Shown piece by piece: positions 46,629-58,148 of a stretch of 64,000 bases of DNA; position 1 is the first letter of the stretch, and each line of letters starts with the position of its first letter. Position numbers and translations under genes: made by a program. The notes below the pieces were generated by a model. That model made no database searches. It saw nothing but the letters and a program-made list of their open reading frames with translations, and was not told where the DNA came from. The stretch is from the IMG/VR virus record IMGVR_UViG_3300002835_000007, positions 1 to 64,000 of that record; one strand, written 5' to 3'.

Positions 46629-47888
46629 ATGAGTTTATTAGATAGTTTTAAAAATACTTTTTTGTATTGTGATAAATACAAAACACATTCAGAAGCAGTA
46701 ATTATTGCTTGTTATTTTAACCCACAAGGTAATCCTTATAGGAAAATAGCGTTCAATAAGTTTTATGAATCAATTAAACATTTGAACCATAGAATAATTG
46801 AGTGCGTGATTGGTGATGCTGAAGCAGAATTACCAGAGAACAAATACATAAGTAGAGTTCATACATCTAATTTACTTTGGCATAAAGAATCTTTATTGAA
46901 TAAAATCATATCTGAATTACCTAAGAAGTTTAAATACGTATTTTGGTTAGACACTGATGTATTGTTCACAAACAAAAAATGGTTAGTTGAAAGTGTTGAA
47001 TCATTAAAAACTAACAAAATATTACAACCATTTGAATATTGTGTTCATTTAGAAAAAGATTTGTATCAACCATTGTTTGATGTGGAAAAAGAAAAGAAAT
47101 TTGTGGGTAATCCTACAACTAGACATCCAAAGATGTGGAGAAGTTTCTGTGCAAACCACAATACATCAAAATATATTTCATGTGACACAAACTATGACAA
47201 ACATGGTCATGTTGGTTTTGCGTGGGGTGCTAGACGTGAAGTGTTAGATGAAATGCCATTATACGATAAAGCACTTATAGGTGGTGCTGACCATATTATG
47301 GCACATGCTGCCGCTGGACAAATTGGTCACTCATGTATTACAAAAGCATTTACTGATGACATTAAAGCAATTAATGATTGGTCTGTGTTGTTTTATAATG
47401 TAATCAATGGTGAGATTGGTTATGTTAAAGGTGAGTTGTACCATATTTGGCACGGTGATTTGGGTAAAAGACAATATTTAAAACGTATTCAAGACTTTAC
47501 ATCAAAAGCTAAAACTATTACTGAACGTGATGAAAATGGTTTGTTTATCACAAAGAATGGTGATGATGAATATGTAAAACAATATTTTAATCATCGTGAA
47601 GATACAACTGAAGAAACATTAGTTGATGACGAAAGTAAGAATAAAATAAGAGAAGAAGTACGCAAAAAACAAGCTCGTAATGTTCTTAGACAACAATACC
47701 CAGATGCTGATAATTCATTTATCGAATCTATGATTGTTGGTTATTTGAGTGATTCAACAATGTTGGGTACAGCAATAGGTGGTGATTTAACTGGTGCTAT
47801 TATAGGAGACATGTTAAATTCCAATGATGATACTGATAAGTACAGCGGTGGTGATTTAAGTGAACATAACGAAGAAAACTTTTCATAA
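46629..47888 (+). CDS. glycosyltransferase-like protein
   Basis: WHKESLLN, WLDTD (DxD), GFAWG, GGAD, HIWHG. Confidence 0.6.
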   Translation: MSLLDSFKNTFLYCDKYKTHSEAVIIACYFNPQGNPYRKIAFNKFYESIKHLNHRIIECVIGDAEAELPENKYISRVHTSNLLWHKESLLNKIISELPKKFKYVFWLDTDVLFTNKKWLVESVESLKTNKILQPFEYCVHLEKDLYQPLFDVEKEKKFVGNPTTRHPKMWRSFCANHNTSKYISCDTNYDKHGHVGFAWGARREVLDEMPLYDKALIGGADHIMAHAAAGQIGHSCITKAFTDDIKAINDWSVLFYNVINGEIGYVKGELYHIWHGDLGKRQYLKRIQDFTSKAKTITERDENGLFITKNGDDEYVKQYFNHREDTTEETLVDDESKNKIREEVRKKQARNVLRQQYPDADNSFIESMIVGYLSDSTMLGTAIGGDLTGAIIGDMLNSNDDTDKYSGGDLSEHNEENFS

Positions 47889-47891
47889 TAA

Positions 47892-48578
47892 ATGAATATA
47901 ACATTCATAAGCGATACGCACAATCAACATAATCTTATCCCCAAAGACTATTTGTCTGGTGGGGATATGATTATTCATGCTGGTGACATGACATCAAGAG
48001 GTGGTGAACATGAAATCGTAGCATTTTTAAATTGGTATAACGAATTACCATATACATATAAAATACTGATAGCTGGTAATCATGATTTCTTTTTTGAAAG
48101 ACCAGATAAAAAGATGATAACAAAACTATTATCCAAATACCCAAACATTACTTATCTAAATGATAGTGGTGTTGAGATTGAAGGTATAAAGATTTGGGGT
48201 AGTCCAGTGCAACCTTATTTTGGTGGTTGGGCTTTTAATAGAGTTGGTGAAGAGATAAAGAAACATTGGGATTTGATTCCAAAAGACACAAACATCATTG
48301 TAACACATGGACCAATCTTTGGTTATTTGGATATGACGTTGGAAGGTGTTAGGACTGGTTGCGAGTATCTAAGAGAAATGTTACCAACGTTCACTGATTT
48401 AAAAATACATGTGTGTGGTCACATACATGAGCATTATGGTAGACATGAGTTTGCTGATGGTCAGTTGTTTCTTAACGCTAGTGTATTAAACAGACGTTAT
48501 GAGATGCAGAATAGACCAATATTTTTAGAATATGGAAATAATTCTTCGTTAGAACTTGGTTATATTAAAAAAAATTAA
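47892..48578 (+). CDS. metallophosphoesterase
   Basis: SDTH, HAGD, AGNHD, THGP, GHIHE. Confidence 0.9.
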   Translation: MNITFISDTHNQHNLIPKDYLSGGDMIIHAGDMTSRGGEHEIVAFLNWYNELPYTYKILIAGNHDFFFERPDKKMITKLLSKYPNITYLNDSGVEIEGIKIWGSPVQPYFGGWAFNRVGEEIKKHWDLIPKDTNIIVTHGPIFGYLDMTLEGVRTGCEYLREMLPTFTDLKIHVCGHIHEHYGRHEFADGQLFLNASVLNRRYEMQNRPIFLEYGNNSSLELGYIKKN

Positions 48579-50247
48579 TACATTTGTAAAAATAAATTAT
48601 TATGATGAATAACAAATACAAAGGGTTGCCTAGTGTTGTTCTATTGAACTCTGAAGGTGACATACTAAAAGCATTTAAAACCGAACAAGGGTTTATGATT
48701 ATGGACGAATATAAAGAAATCATTGCAACATTGAATCAAGATGAGTTGTTTGATTTTACACGTGGTAAATTAACACTTACAAACTCTAAGGATGAGTTCT
48801 TTGACTATACAACATTTTCTGGTGACATGAAACCAAATTTAAAGATGTTAGACGAGTTCATAGGAATAGATACTAATGGTTTAACTTATTAAAAATAGAA
48901 TAATGAAACAAAGAAGAAAAGCAATTGAAGGAAAATTGATAGGTGAGAGCAAGACCTCGCCTGGTTATTTTAAATACCAATTCACTATCTTAGAGTTAGA
49001 TGGTACTACACATGAAATACCAGCATATGGTAAAGATATGGAAGATGCATTAGAACGTCTTGTATGGGTAGAAAGAACTGAAAAGAAACCATTCAACATT
49101 ATGGTTATCACAGCATTGCTAACTATTATAGTCGTACCATCAATCATTGCAGCGTTGACAAGTAATCCAGTTTGGGTATTGGGTGCATTAGGGTTGGCAA
49201 TACTTTATGGTATTGTTATGGTAAGAGTTGATAAATACTTTAATAAGAAATAATATGTTTGACGGGTTAGCTACTTTACTTTTCGTAGGATTGGTATCCT
49301 TTGGTTTGTTGCTTATGGTAGGAGGGTATTTTTTGATTAATTATTTTTTTATAGAAGACACATATGAAGTATCAACACCCATAAAACCACAAATAAAATT
49401 GGTAACAGACGGAAAGACCGTTGACACCGTTTACGTATATAAATTTAATTAAGATGAAATTAAGTAATAAAGTTTCGATTTGGGTATATTTCCTTGCTAT
49501 GATTGCTGGTGTTTTTAATGCGTACCTATCTTATAAAGAAGGCAACGGTGATGCTGCATTCGCATGGATGGTATCAGCTGGTTTAGCTGGTGGTGCACTG
49601 GGTGCACATTTAGAAATTAAAGAAAATAAAGAAAACTATGACAAGTAGAGATTTTGCATTCTGGTTGCAAGGCTTCTTTGAAGTTGCAAACCCAAGTACT
49701 ATCGGCTCAAAAGAAACTGAATCGATTAAGAATCATTTAGCGTTAGTATTTAAACATGAAATAGACCCAAGCATGGGTGATGAAAAACATCAGCAAATAT
49801 TGAATGAAATTCATACTCCTAATAAATTTGATGGTTATTTAAGACCACCTAATGAAGATGGTGTAATGCGTTGCTAATATGGATAAGGTTGAAGTTATTG
49901 GATGTGAGGGTAAGATTTTTACACCTCACATCTTTTTAGATAGATTGGATACTAACATTACTAAAGGTGATTGGGTTGTATATTACGATGTTTTATATAA
50001 GTTTGATGATTCTTTCTTTTTGAGTAGACCAATAGTTGATTATAAACAATTAATTAAAGTTAAATATGAGTGAATTTCAAGTACACAATACTGCCGAATG
50101 TTCCGATGGACCAAAGTCTGGTGGTATAGTTTTAAAAGAATTTATCATACGTTGGGATTACAACGGTGATGGAAAGATATTAGTTACATTGAATAATGAA
50201 AATGATAAACTAATACAAAGTATTGAACATGTAAAATCAAAAGCATA

Positions 50248-51294
50248 ATGGGAATCTGGGGTTTAATTGGAATGATAAGCGGTGCATTGGTATCAATATG
50301 GGCTGCATTTAAATTTATTATTGGTCAAAGTTTTAGATTAGATGATAATCTTAGTAAGAATGTGCTGCCAATAGTACAAGGGTTAAAGTATAAGTTTGAG
50401 TTGAATAATGAAATTTCAATCAACAAAAGATACCCTAGCACATATAGTGCTTTTGCTTTCTTGGGTGGTATACCAATATACTTTACTAGAACTGAAAGGT
50501 TGTTAACTGCTGGTTGGCAATCAAAAGAATTAATTTCTGAAGTATATTATTTCAGATGGCATCGTAAAAAGATTGAGAAAGTAATCAAAGATATTGCTGT
50601 TAATAAGAAACACACAAACGTTATGGCACTTATGCCATGGGGTTCTGACAAGTTAGGTCAGATGACTAGGGAAAGTAACCCTAAAGTTTATATAGATGAT
50701 AAACAATACAAGGATATTGAAAAGGATATTGAAGGTATCTTGGAAAGAAAGTCTGGTAAAACAAGTGCTTTATTACACGGAAAACCTGGTACTGGTAAGA
50801 CAAGACTAATAAAATATCTGTCTTTGAAGTATGATTTACCTATATATTCAATATTTTTGAATCCAGAGTACAATAACTTTGATATTTTAAGTATGTTTGC
50901 TGATGTACCAGAGAGATGTATTGTATTATTTGAAGATTTTGATAACTATTTTAACAAAAGAGAATGCATAATGAAACATAATGAAGTTAAATTTACGTTC
51001 GATGTGTTACTTTCTGTGTTGGATGGCGTTTATAATGAATACAACCAAGTGTTTTTCGCTATGACATGCAACGATATTGAAAAAATAGATGATTCTTTGA
51101 AAGATAGACCATCAAGATTCAAGTTTGTAAGAGAAATTACTGGCCCATCATACGCAAAACGATTAGAAATATTAGATGGGGATATAGAATTAGCCGAATT
51201 AACTGAAGGTTTAACTACTGATAAGGTATTCTTCGCTAAATCAATGTCTGGTTTATATAAAAATACTGAAATATTAGATAAAATAAAGGTATGA
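50248..51294 (+). CDS. membrane-anchored AAA+ ATPase (BCS1-like)
   Basis: N-terminal TM; GKPGTGKT, FEDFD, LDG, RPSRF. Confidence 0.85.
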   Translation: MGIWGLIGMISGALVSIWAAFKFIIGQSFRLDDNLSKNVLPIVQGLKYKFELNNEISINKRYPSTYSAFAFLGGIPIYFTRTERLLTAGWQSKELISEVYYFRWHRKKIEKVIKDIAVNKKHTNVMALMPWGSDKLGQMTRESNPKVYIDDKQYKDIEKDIEGILERKSGKTSALLHGKPGTGKTRLIKYLSLKYDLPIYSIFLNPEYNNFDILSMFADVPERCIVLFEDFDNYFNKRECIMKHNEVKFTFDVLLSVLDGVYNEYNQVFFAMTCNDIEKIDDSLKDRPSRFKFVREITGPSYAKRLEILDGDIELAELTEGLTTDKVFFAKSMSGLYKNTEILDKIKV

Positions 51295-51465
51295 AGATAT
51301 TGAAAATAGAAGACCACAACTATAAAATCATCTATATAAACAATAATGAAGTTTATAATGTGTATAGAAGATTAAGCAGCACTGGATGGGAAAAGTTTTC
51401 AGTTAATAGAAACAAATGGTACGCTGTTGAAGATAAAACAGATGTACAAGAATTAGAAAAAGCAT

Positions 51466-52170
51466 ATGAAAATAGTAGCATTGGGTGATACCCACGGAAG
51501 AGATAAATGGAAAGATATTGTAGCGAAAGAACTAGAATCTAGTGATAGGATAGTTTTTATTGGTGATTACTTTGATACACATGATGACGTTACACCAGAA
51601 CAACAATTATCTAACTTCAATGAGATAATTGAATTCAAGAAAGCAAACATAGATAAGGTTATCCTTTTAATAGGTAACCATGACTTCCATTATTTAAGTG
51701 GCATTAACGAAAGTTATTCTGGTTTTCAGTATGGTTGGTCTAAACAATTTAATGAAGTTTTAGAGTCTGCATTAGCTGACGGGTTGATGCAGATGTGTTA
51801 TGTATATGATAAGTATGTATTCACGCATGCTGGTGTTACCAACACATGGTGTGTAACTTATAGTGTAAACAGATTACCTAACAAGATAGAAGATTCCATC
51901 AACAATTTGTTTAAAACTAATAAGTATGCGTTTTATTTCCAAATGGGTGAGAACTATAGTCAAAGTGGTAATGATGTAACGCAGTCACCTATATGGGTAA
52001 GAATTCCATCATTGTTCAGAGATGGAGTGGATGACTTTACGTTTGTAGTTGGTCATAGCACACTTAAAGAGCTGACTATCACTGATAGATTAATTGGTAT
52101 TGACACATTGGGTGTGACTGGAGAATACTTAGTTATTAACAACGAAAAAATTACGGCAGAAATGCCGTAA
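51466..52170 (+). CDS. metallophosphoesterase
   Basis: GDTHG, GDYFD, GNHD, THAG, VGHS. Confidence 0.9.
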   Translation: MKIVALGDTHGRDKWKDIVAKELESSDRIVFIGDYFDTHDDVTPEQQLSNFNEIIEFKKANIDKVILLIGNHDFHYLSGINESYSGFQYGWSKQFNEVLESALADGLMQMCYVYDKYVFTHAGVTNTWCVTYSVNRLPNKIEDSINNLFKTNKYAFYFQMGENYSQSGNDVTQSPIWVRIPSLFRDGVDDFTFVVGHSTLKELTITDRLIGIDTLGVTGEYLVINNEKITAEMP

Positions 52171-52394
52171 AAAATTTGTTTTAATCATTTTAATCTATTA
52201 CATTTGCACTATGGAAGAAAAAGATGAGATAGAATTATTACTAAAAACACAATCGTTAGATATTGAAACCTTACGTAGGTTAAAATGTAGGTGTTTAAGT
52301 TTACGTGAATATGAATTAGCAGCAAAAATAATATTTGAGGAACGAAGGCTAAATGTTAGTAGATTAGAGAAGTTAGGACTAAATATAAAATCAA

Positions 52395-52835
52395 ATGAAA
52401 ACGATAGTAAAAAATAAGCGTGGGTACTATGAGTACACCATATTGGAGAAGTATGTTGCTGGAATCAAATTACAAGGTTCAGAAGTTAAATCTATTCGTT
52501 CTGGAAAGGTATCGATAGTTGAAGCATATTGTTTTATTGCCAACGATGAAATCTTTATCAAAGGTATGCACATCGCAGAACACAAAGAGGGTGGTAAACA
52601 TAACAACCACATACCAATTAGGGATAGAAAACTCCTTATGAATAAGAAAGAAATTGTTAAATTAAAACAACAAATTTCACAAAAAGGCTTGACTATTGTA
52701 CCGTTAGAGGTTATATTAACTAATATTGGATTCATAAAGTTAGAGTTAGGTTTAGCCAAAGGTAAAAACTTACATGACAAAAGGGAGACAATAAAAGAAA
52801 AGGATTTAAAAAGAGAATTAGAACGTAATTTATAA
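52395..52835 (+). CDS. smpB: SsrA-binding protein
   Basis: AGIKLQGSEVKSIR, RKLLMNKKEI, GLTIVPL, AKGK..HDKR..IK. Confidence 0.95.
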   Translation: MKTIVKNKRGYYEYTILEKYVAGIKLQGSEVKSIRSGKVSIVEAYCFIANDEIFIKGMHIAEHKEGGKHNNHIPIRDRKLLMNKKEIVKLKQQISQKGLTIVPLEVILTNIGFIKLELGLAKGKNLHDKRETIKEKDLKRELERNL

Positions 52836-52857
52836 AAGTAAACTAAAAATAGAGAGT

Positions 52858-53718
52858 ATGAAACAAATTAAAATCGTAACAACAATTGCTAACATTGATG
52901 AAAATTCACTTAAATTTTATTTAAGAGATATCTATCAAGCAAAACCATTCACAGTTGAAGAAGAATATGAATGTGCGTTAAGAGCACATAATGGTGATGA
53001 AAACGCTAGAGCTGAATTAATTTACCGAAACCTAAGATTTGTTGTTACAGTTGCTAAACAATATTTAACTACAAATTTACATCTTGCTGATTTAATAAAT
53101 GAGGGTAACATTGGATTGATATTGGCTGCCGATAGATTCCAACCAGAAAGAAATCTAAAGTTTATCTCTTATGCTGTTTGGTGGGTTAGAAAACTTATCG
53201 TTGAGTATATTGGTAAGAACGGTAAAATGATTAGATTACCATTCAACAAAGTTCAATCAATGATTAAACTTAATAAAGTTTTATCTGAATTAGAACAAAA
53301 GAATGGTTACCATGTTAACGAATATGAAGCAGCAATCGAAACTAATGATGAATCATTTAAATTGTTAGGTGAAATCAATTCAGTTAGAATGTTATCAATG
53401 GATAATCCATTGAGTGATGATGGTGATGGTTTAACGTTACATGAACTAATTAATGACCCAACAGCACAAACAACAGATTATTTAACAGTTAACTCTGATT
53501 TTAAAAGAGAAGTTAGAGAAAGTTTAAATATACTTAAACCTAATGAGAAAATAATAATTGAAGCTTTATTTGGTTTAGATGGTGGTGAACCTAAAACCTT
53601 AAAAGAGGTTAGTGAAATTGTTTTATTAACAAGAGAAAGAGTTAGACAAATCAAAGAGAAATGTTTAATAAAACTCAGAGATAACAAAAAAATAATGGCA
53701 GCATATACTGATATTTAA
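52858..53718 (+). CDS. RpoD/SigA-family sigma factor (Bacteroidota-like)
   Basis: NLRFVVTVAKQY, DLINEGNIGL, KFISYAVWW, TRERVRQIKEK. Confidence 0.93.
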   Translation: MKQIKIVTTIANIDENSLKFYLRDIYQAKPFTVEEEYECALRAHNGDENARAELIYRNLRFVVTVAKQYLTTNLHLADLINEGNIGLILAADRFQPERNLKFISYAVWWVRKLIVEYIGKNGKMIRLPFNKVQSMIKLNKVLSELEQKNGYHVNEYEAAIETNDESFKLLGEINSVRMLSMDNPLSDDGDGLTLHELINDPTAQTTDYLTVNSDFKREVRESLNILKPNEKIIIEALFGLDGGEPKTLKEVSEIVLLTRERVRQIKEKCLIKLRDNKKIMAAYTDI

Positions 53719-54094
53719 TGAAACAAATTGTTTTAAAATACTTAAATGAAAATTATCTTATGACCCTTTCAACTTATGTTTCTTATAAGTTGAAGGACAA
53801 ACATAAGAACGAAGATGTTTCATTAAAAGAGGTTTTAATTCAAATAGAAACCATTTTCGCATTAAATGAAGAAGAGCAGCGAATAATATTTGATGAATGG
53901 GCTGATTCAAAATCAGTTGAGTTAAATAACATCATTGTTGAAATTCAAGAAAAAATATACAGATTAACTGGTAAAGAAATATCTATTAACCCATCAGAAA
54001 TGAATGGGTTAATAGATACACCAGATAATTTGGATAATTTCATTAGAAATTATATAGTTTTATAGTTTTTGTAATATTTATAATAAAAAGAACT

Positions 54095-54478
54095 ATGAAC
54101 AAGGAAGATATAAAAAAAATACTTAGAGAATCTATTTTTAGTTTAGGTGAAGCTGAAGAGCAATCACAAGGTGGTGATGATAAAGAAGTAGGACCTAAGA
54201 AAAAGAAAAAATTGGATGCTCAAGCTGTTGAGATTAAAAACAATGTCGGTCCAGGCAAGCCACTAAAATACACTCAAGTGTTAAGAGCTGCAAAGATTAT
54301 AAAACCTGGTGATAGTGAAACTGATGTTGATACAAAGGTTAGTTTATACAGAAAAAAAATATTAAATAAGAGTGAAAAAATTGAAGGTAGTAAAGTAACT
54401 AGAAGTTTAAATCCTAAAGAAGCTGATAGTATTTACAAGGTAATTAAAAACCCAACTGCATTTAAAACTGCTGGTTAA
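54095..54478 (+). CDS. hypothetical protein with IKKILRE motif
   Basis: ATATTTAT at 54074; terminator AAAACTGCTGGTTAA/TTAACCAGCAGTTTT. Confidence 0.7.
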   Translation: MNKEDIKKILRESIFSLGEAEEQSQGGDDKEVGPKKKKKLDAQAVEIKNNVGPGKPLKYTQVLRAAKIIKPGDSETDVDTKVSLYRKKILNKSEKIEGSKVTRSLNPKEADSIYKVIKNPTAFKTAG

Positions 54479-54577
54479 TTATTAACCAGCAGTTTTTTTG
54501 TAAAAAAAATTAAAAAATATTTGTTTTATTCTAGGTTTATCCATACATTTGTCATATAAATATTAAAACTAAAAGAT

Positions 54578-55231
54578 ATGGCAACTGAAATCAAGAAAAT
54601 AGCAGAATTAGATTTTTCATCAACAATAACATTAGGTGTTATTGATAGAGATGAAGTCCTAAAAGAAATCTTTACAGATGAAATCAAATTACCTTTCTCA
54701 GTTTTATATAAACTATCAGAAGAAGGTCAGTTAAATGAACGCACACTTGAATTACTAACTGAAATCTTTGAAGGGTTAATCCTAACCAAAAAAGATTTGA
54801 TTGACAAATACCTTAGAATCGCTAAAGCCAGCGACATAAATATTAGTTACCATAGAGAAGTCGAAATAGAGGTCGAAGAACCTAATTTAGAGGAAGAGGA
54901 AGAAGATAAAGTGGTTGTACCAACCATTGAGTCGCCAAAGCCAAAAAAGTCCGTTAAAAAGGAGAAAACTGGTAAAGAATTACCAAAGTGGTATGGTAAA
55001 GACAAAATCAACAAAGACATAGAAAGACAAGGTGGTAAACCAACCTCAGTGCAACGTGCAATGCTTAAATTAAACGATTTAAAGAACCTTTATTTTAATT
55101 TGAATACAAGGGGTATCAAAGATATGTTAGCTGATTCTAATACGTTATCTGATGAAGATTGTCGTAAGATTGCTGCTGCTGTCACTACATTTGAAAGACA
55201 AATGGAAGATATTTTAAAAAATAAAAAATAA
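54578..55231 (+). CDS. hypothetical protein
   Basis: ORF track; TACATTTG promoter 54544. Confidence 0.75.
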   Translation: MATEIKKIAELDFSSTITLGVIDRDEVLKEIFTDEIKLPFSVLYKLSEEGQLNERTLELLTEIFEGLILTKKDLIDKYLRIAKASDINISYHREVEIEVEEPNLEEEEEDKVVVPTIESPKPKKSVKKEKTGKELPKWYGKDKINKDIERQGGKPTSVQRAMLKLNDLKNLYFNLNTRGIKDMLADSNTLSDEDCRKIAAAVTTFERQMEDILKNKK

Positions 55232-56377
55232 TTTCATTGAAAGTTTGTATAATTAAAATATTATTTATACATTTGTAATATAAATTTAAAAACCAGGAAT
55301 TATGTCAAATTCATTAAAAACACCAAAAGAGATGACGAGTGATATTTTATCATCGTTAAGAGACGAAAACAACCCATTAGCTATATTGATTGAGAGCTAT
55401 TTGGAGAAATGCATCAAAGACCACGTTAGAGCTGCTAAAAACGAGTTAAAAGTTGGTATTTTACCTTTAATTGAAAACGAAAATGGTGAGTCTGTTATTT
55501 ACGATGTTAAAACATTAAGTGAATTACTTGATTAAAAAATTTGTTTTTGTCAAAAAAAATCCGTACCTTTATTAAAAATTAATTATAATGGATAAAATAA
55601 ATAAAAAATTATTTGATTTAAATCAAGTTTATATGAAATTTTCACATGGTGAAATTTGGAATAACTTAATCAAATTAAGAAACACTAGATTAGCATTTAA
55701 TGAAATAATTAATGAAACTAATGATATTTTAGAGAAAAAAATATTAAAAGAACAATTAATTTATGTTATTAAAAACATAAGAACATTTGAAGATGCATTA
55801 CTTTGTCATGAAACAAAGTTTACTGAAAAAAGAACATCGTTAGGTGAATTAGGAATATTCATATTAAATTAAATCAATCATGAAAGGAATAAATTTTGTG
55901 CTACTTAATATATTAGCATTTACTGGTGGAATTATTGTTTCATCTATTTTAATAACTAAATCAAATAGTTGGGTGTATACATCACCTATATTTTTAACAG
56001 CGTTAATTATTTTAATTATTAATTTAATTAAAACCAAACGTAGTGTTGCTAAAATAAACAACATAGAAAAAGTGAGAATTGAATATAATCAAAATGATGG
56101 TAATTTTCATTTCAATGATATAACTAATATTAAATTAGGTGTTGGTTATAAATTAGTATGTCCAAATGTTAACTTAGATAAAGCAATTGAGTTTACTCAT
56201 CATTTATCAAATAAGTTTGACGCATTCAACAGTGGTAATAAGCCTTACCCAACATATTCAACAGTTTTAAAAGAATTTAATGATTTTGTTAGAAAATAAT
56301 AGTTTATTAAAATTATCATTTAGTTAATTATTAACTTAAAAACAAAAATAATTTAATATTTATATATAAAAGAAACT

Positions 56378-56878
56378 ATGAGCGAAGATATAAGAAAAAT
56401 GATTGATAAAGTTAAGAACTTTAAACAATTTGTAAATGAAAATTTAGAATTAACAAAATTCATAAATCTAAGTGAAAATGACATTGAAACCATGATTGAT
56501 AAACATACAGAATTAGATGAATATCAATTTGATAATTCTAAAAATGCATTATTAAATTTACAAAAAGTTTTAAAAACAAATACTAATCTTAAATTATATA
56601 GAGTTTTATCTGTAGCAAATATAGATGATATTAATACTAATGAACTTGGTAATCACTACACATTATCGTTGGATAATTTAGATGATGTCACTTTATTTGA
56701 TATAGGTATTAATAAAGATGATAAATTATATTCTGTAGAAATAACTTCACCAATTAATAATATTGATGTTGAAGAAACTATAGATGCTAATATAAATTAT
56801 CCTTTTGAACAAGAAATTTTTTTAAAAAGTTATGATAATATTAAAATAATAACTGTATCACCATTTAAAAATGTTTAA
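56378..56878 (+). CDS. possible ADP-ribosyltransferase-fold protein
   Basis: LYRV...LGNHYT...EQEI; N-terminal FKQFVNE. Confidence 0.4.
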   Translation: MSEDIRKMIDKVKNFKQFVNENLELTKFINLSENDIETMIDKHTELDEYQFDNSKNALLNLQKVLKTNTNLKLYRVLSVANIDDINTNELGNHYTLSLDNLDDVTLFDIGINKDDKLYSVEITSPINNIDVEETIDANINYPFEQEIFLKSYDNIKIITVSPFKNV

Positions 56879-57365
56879 AAGTTAATGAATAATTTATTTT
56901 AGATAAAATTGAAATTTGTCCATTTTAAATTAGGAATATCTAAATAAGATTCTTACATTTGTCAAATCTAATTAAAACTTTATATCATGTCAAGAAAGAA
57001 AAAAACATTTGATGTATTAGCATTTAAAGAATACGTCAACATTCAACTAGCAAGAACTGATGAACATGCAACAGAAGACTTTAAATGTGGTTTGTCTGTC
57101 GCTTTGGGAGAAGTGTTGCATCGTACTGGTAACTATAATGGGTTTACCCATTTGTATTGGAACGAAATTGGTTGGCAAGAGTGGAGAACTATTGGTAAAG
57201 AAACCGAAGTTTGGGAAGAAAAGAAATTGTTTATCTACGGAACACCAGACAGCAAATATAAAGGAAGTAGATACGCTTTAAGATATTATTAATGATAATA
57301 GGGGACGCTGAAAACCTAGACAGAGTAGGCAAATAATAAAAGTTAAATAAAAAAAAAAGAAAAAA

Positions 57366-58148
57366 ATGAGAAAAGTTTTAGGATTAGTAATGTTAGTAGT
57401 TGTATTAGCATCATGTTCAAGAGTGGAACCAAATTATGAAGGTATCCTTATGGAAAATTATGGTAGAAATGGAAAGTCTGATTTCCATATTGTTACTGGT
57501 AAACAATGGACAATGGCTCCAGGTACGCAATTGTATCAAGTGCCTATGTTTGAGGCAAGTGGTGATGCAGAAGCTGTTAATATTAGTGCTTTGGATGCTG
57601 GTCAGTTCTCTGTAGACCCAGTTTATCAATACCAACCATTACGAGGAAAAGGTATTGACATCGTGTTCAACTATAAACACTTGGGTGTTGATGAACCAGA
57701 AGTTATGTTGAATAATGTTGAAGCAAGTATTTTAAATCGATTAGTAGTTAATGCATATAGAGAAGAAGCACGTAATTATACTACTGATAGTCTTATGACA
57801 AACTTGAATAAATTTGAAGCTCAAGTACAAGCAAGACTTAAACGTGAGTTTGCTGAGAAATATTTTGATTTGAATGAAGTTACATCTGGGTTAACACCTC
57901 CAGAGTCTATGAGAAAAGCTATCGAAACTCGTAACAACGCAATTCAAGAAGCTAACACAGTTCAGAATGAGTTAAGAGTATCTAAGATGAAGTTAGAGAA
58001 AGCAAAGATTGACGCTGAAGCAAACAAAATACGTTCAGTTGGTTTGACTAAGGAAGTGTTAACTAAACAATGGATTGAAGCAGTTCGTTATTCTAAGAAC
58101 AAAGTTATTATCACTGATGGTAAAACACCAATGATTTATAATAACTAA
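57366..58148 (+). CDS. SPFH/band 7 lipoprotein
   Basis: LASC lipobox; PPES..KAI; C-terminal coiled coil AEAN. Confidence 0.85.
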   Translation: MRKVLGLVMLVVVLASCSRVEPNYEGILMENYGRNGKSDFHIVTGKQWTMAPGTQLYQVPMFEASGDAEAVNISALDAGQFSVDPVYQYQPLRGKGIDIVFNYKHLGVDEPEVMLNNVEASILNRLVVNAYREEARNYTTDSLMTNLNKFEAQVQARLKREFAEKYFDLNEVTSGLTPPESMRKAIETRNNAIQEANTVQNELRVSKMKLEKAKIDAEANKIRSVGLTKEVLTKQWIEAVRYSKNKVIITDGKTPMIYNN

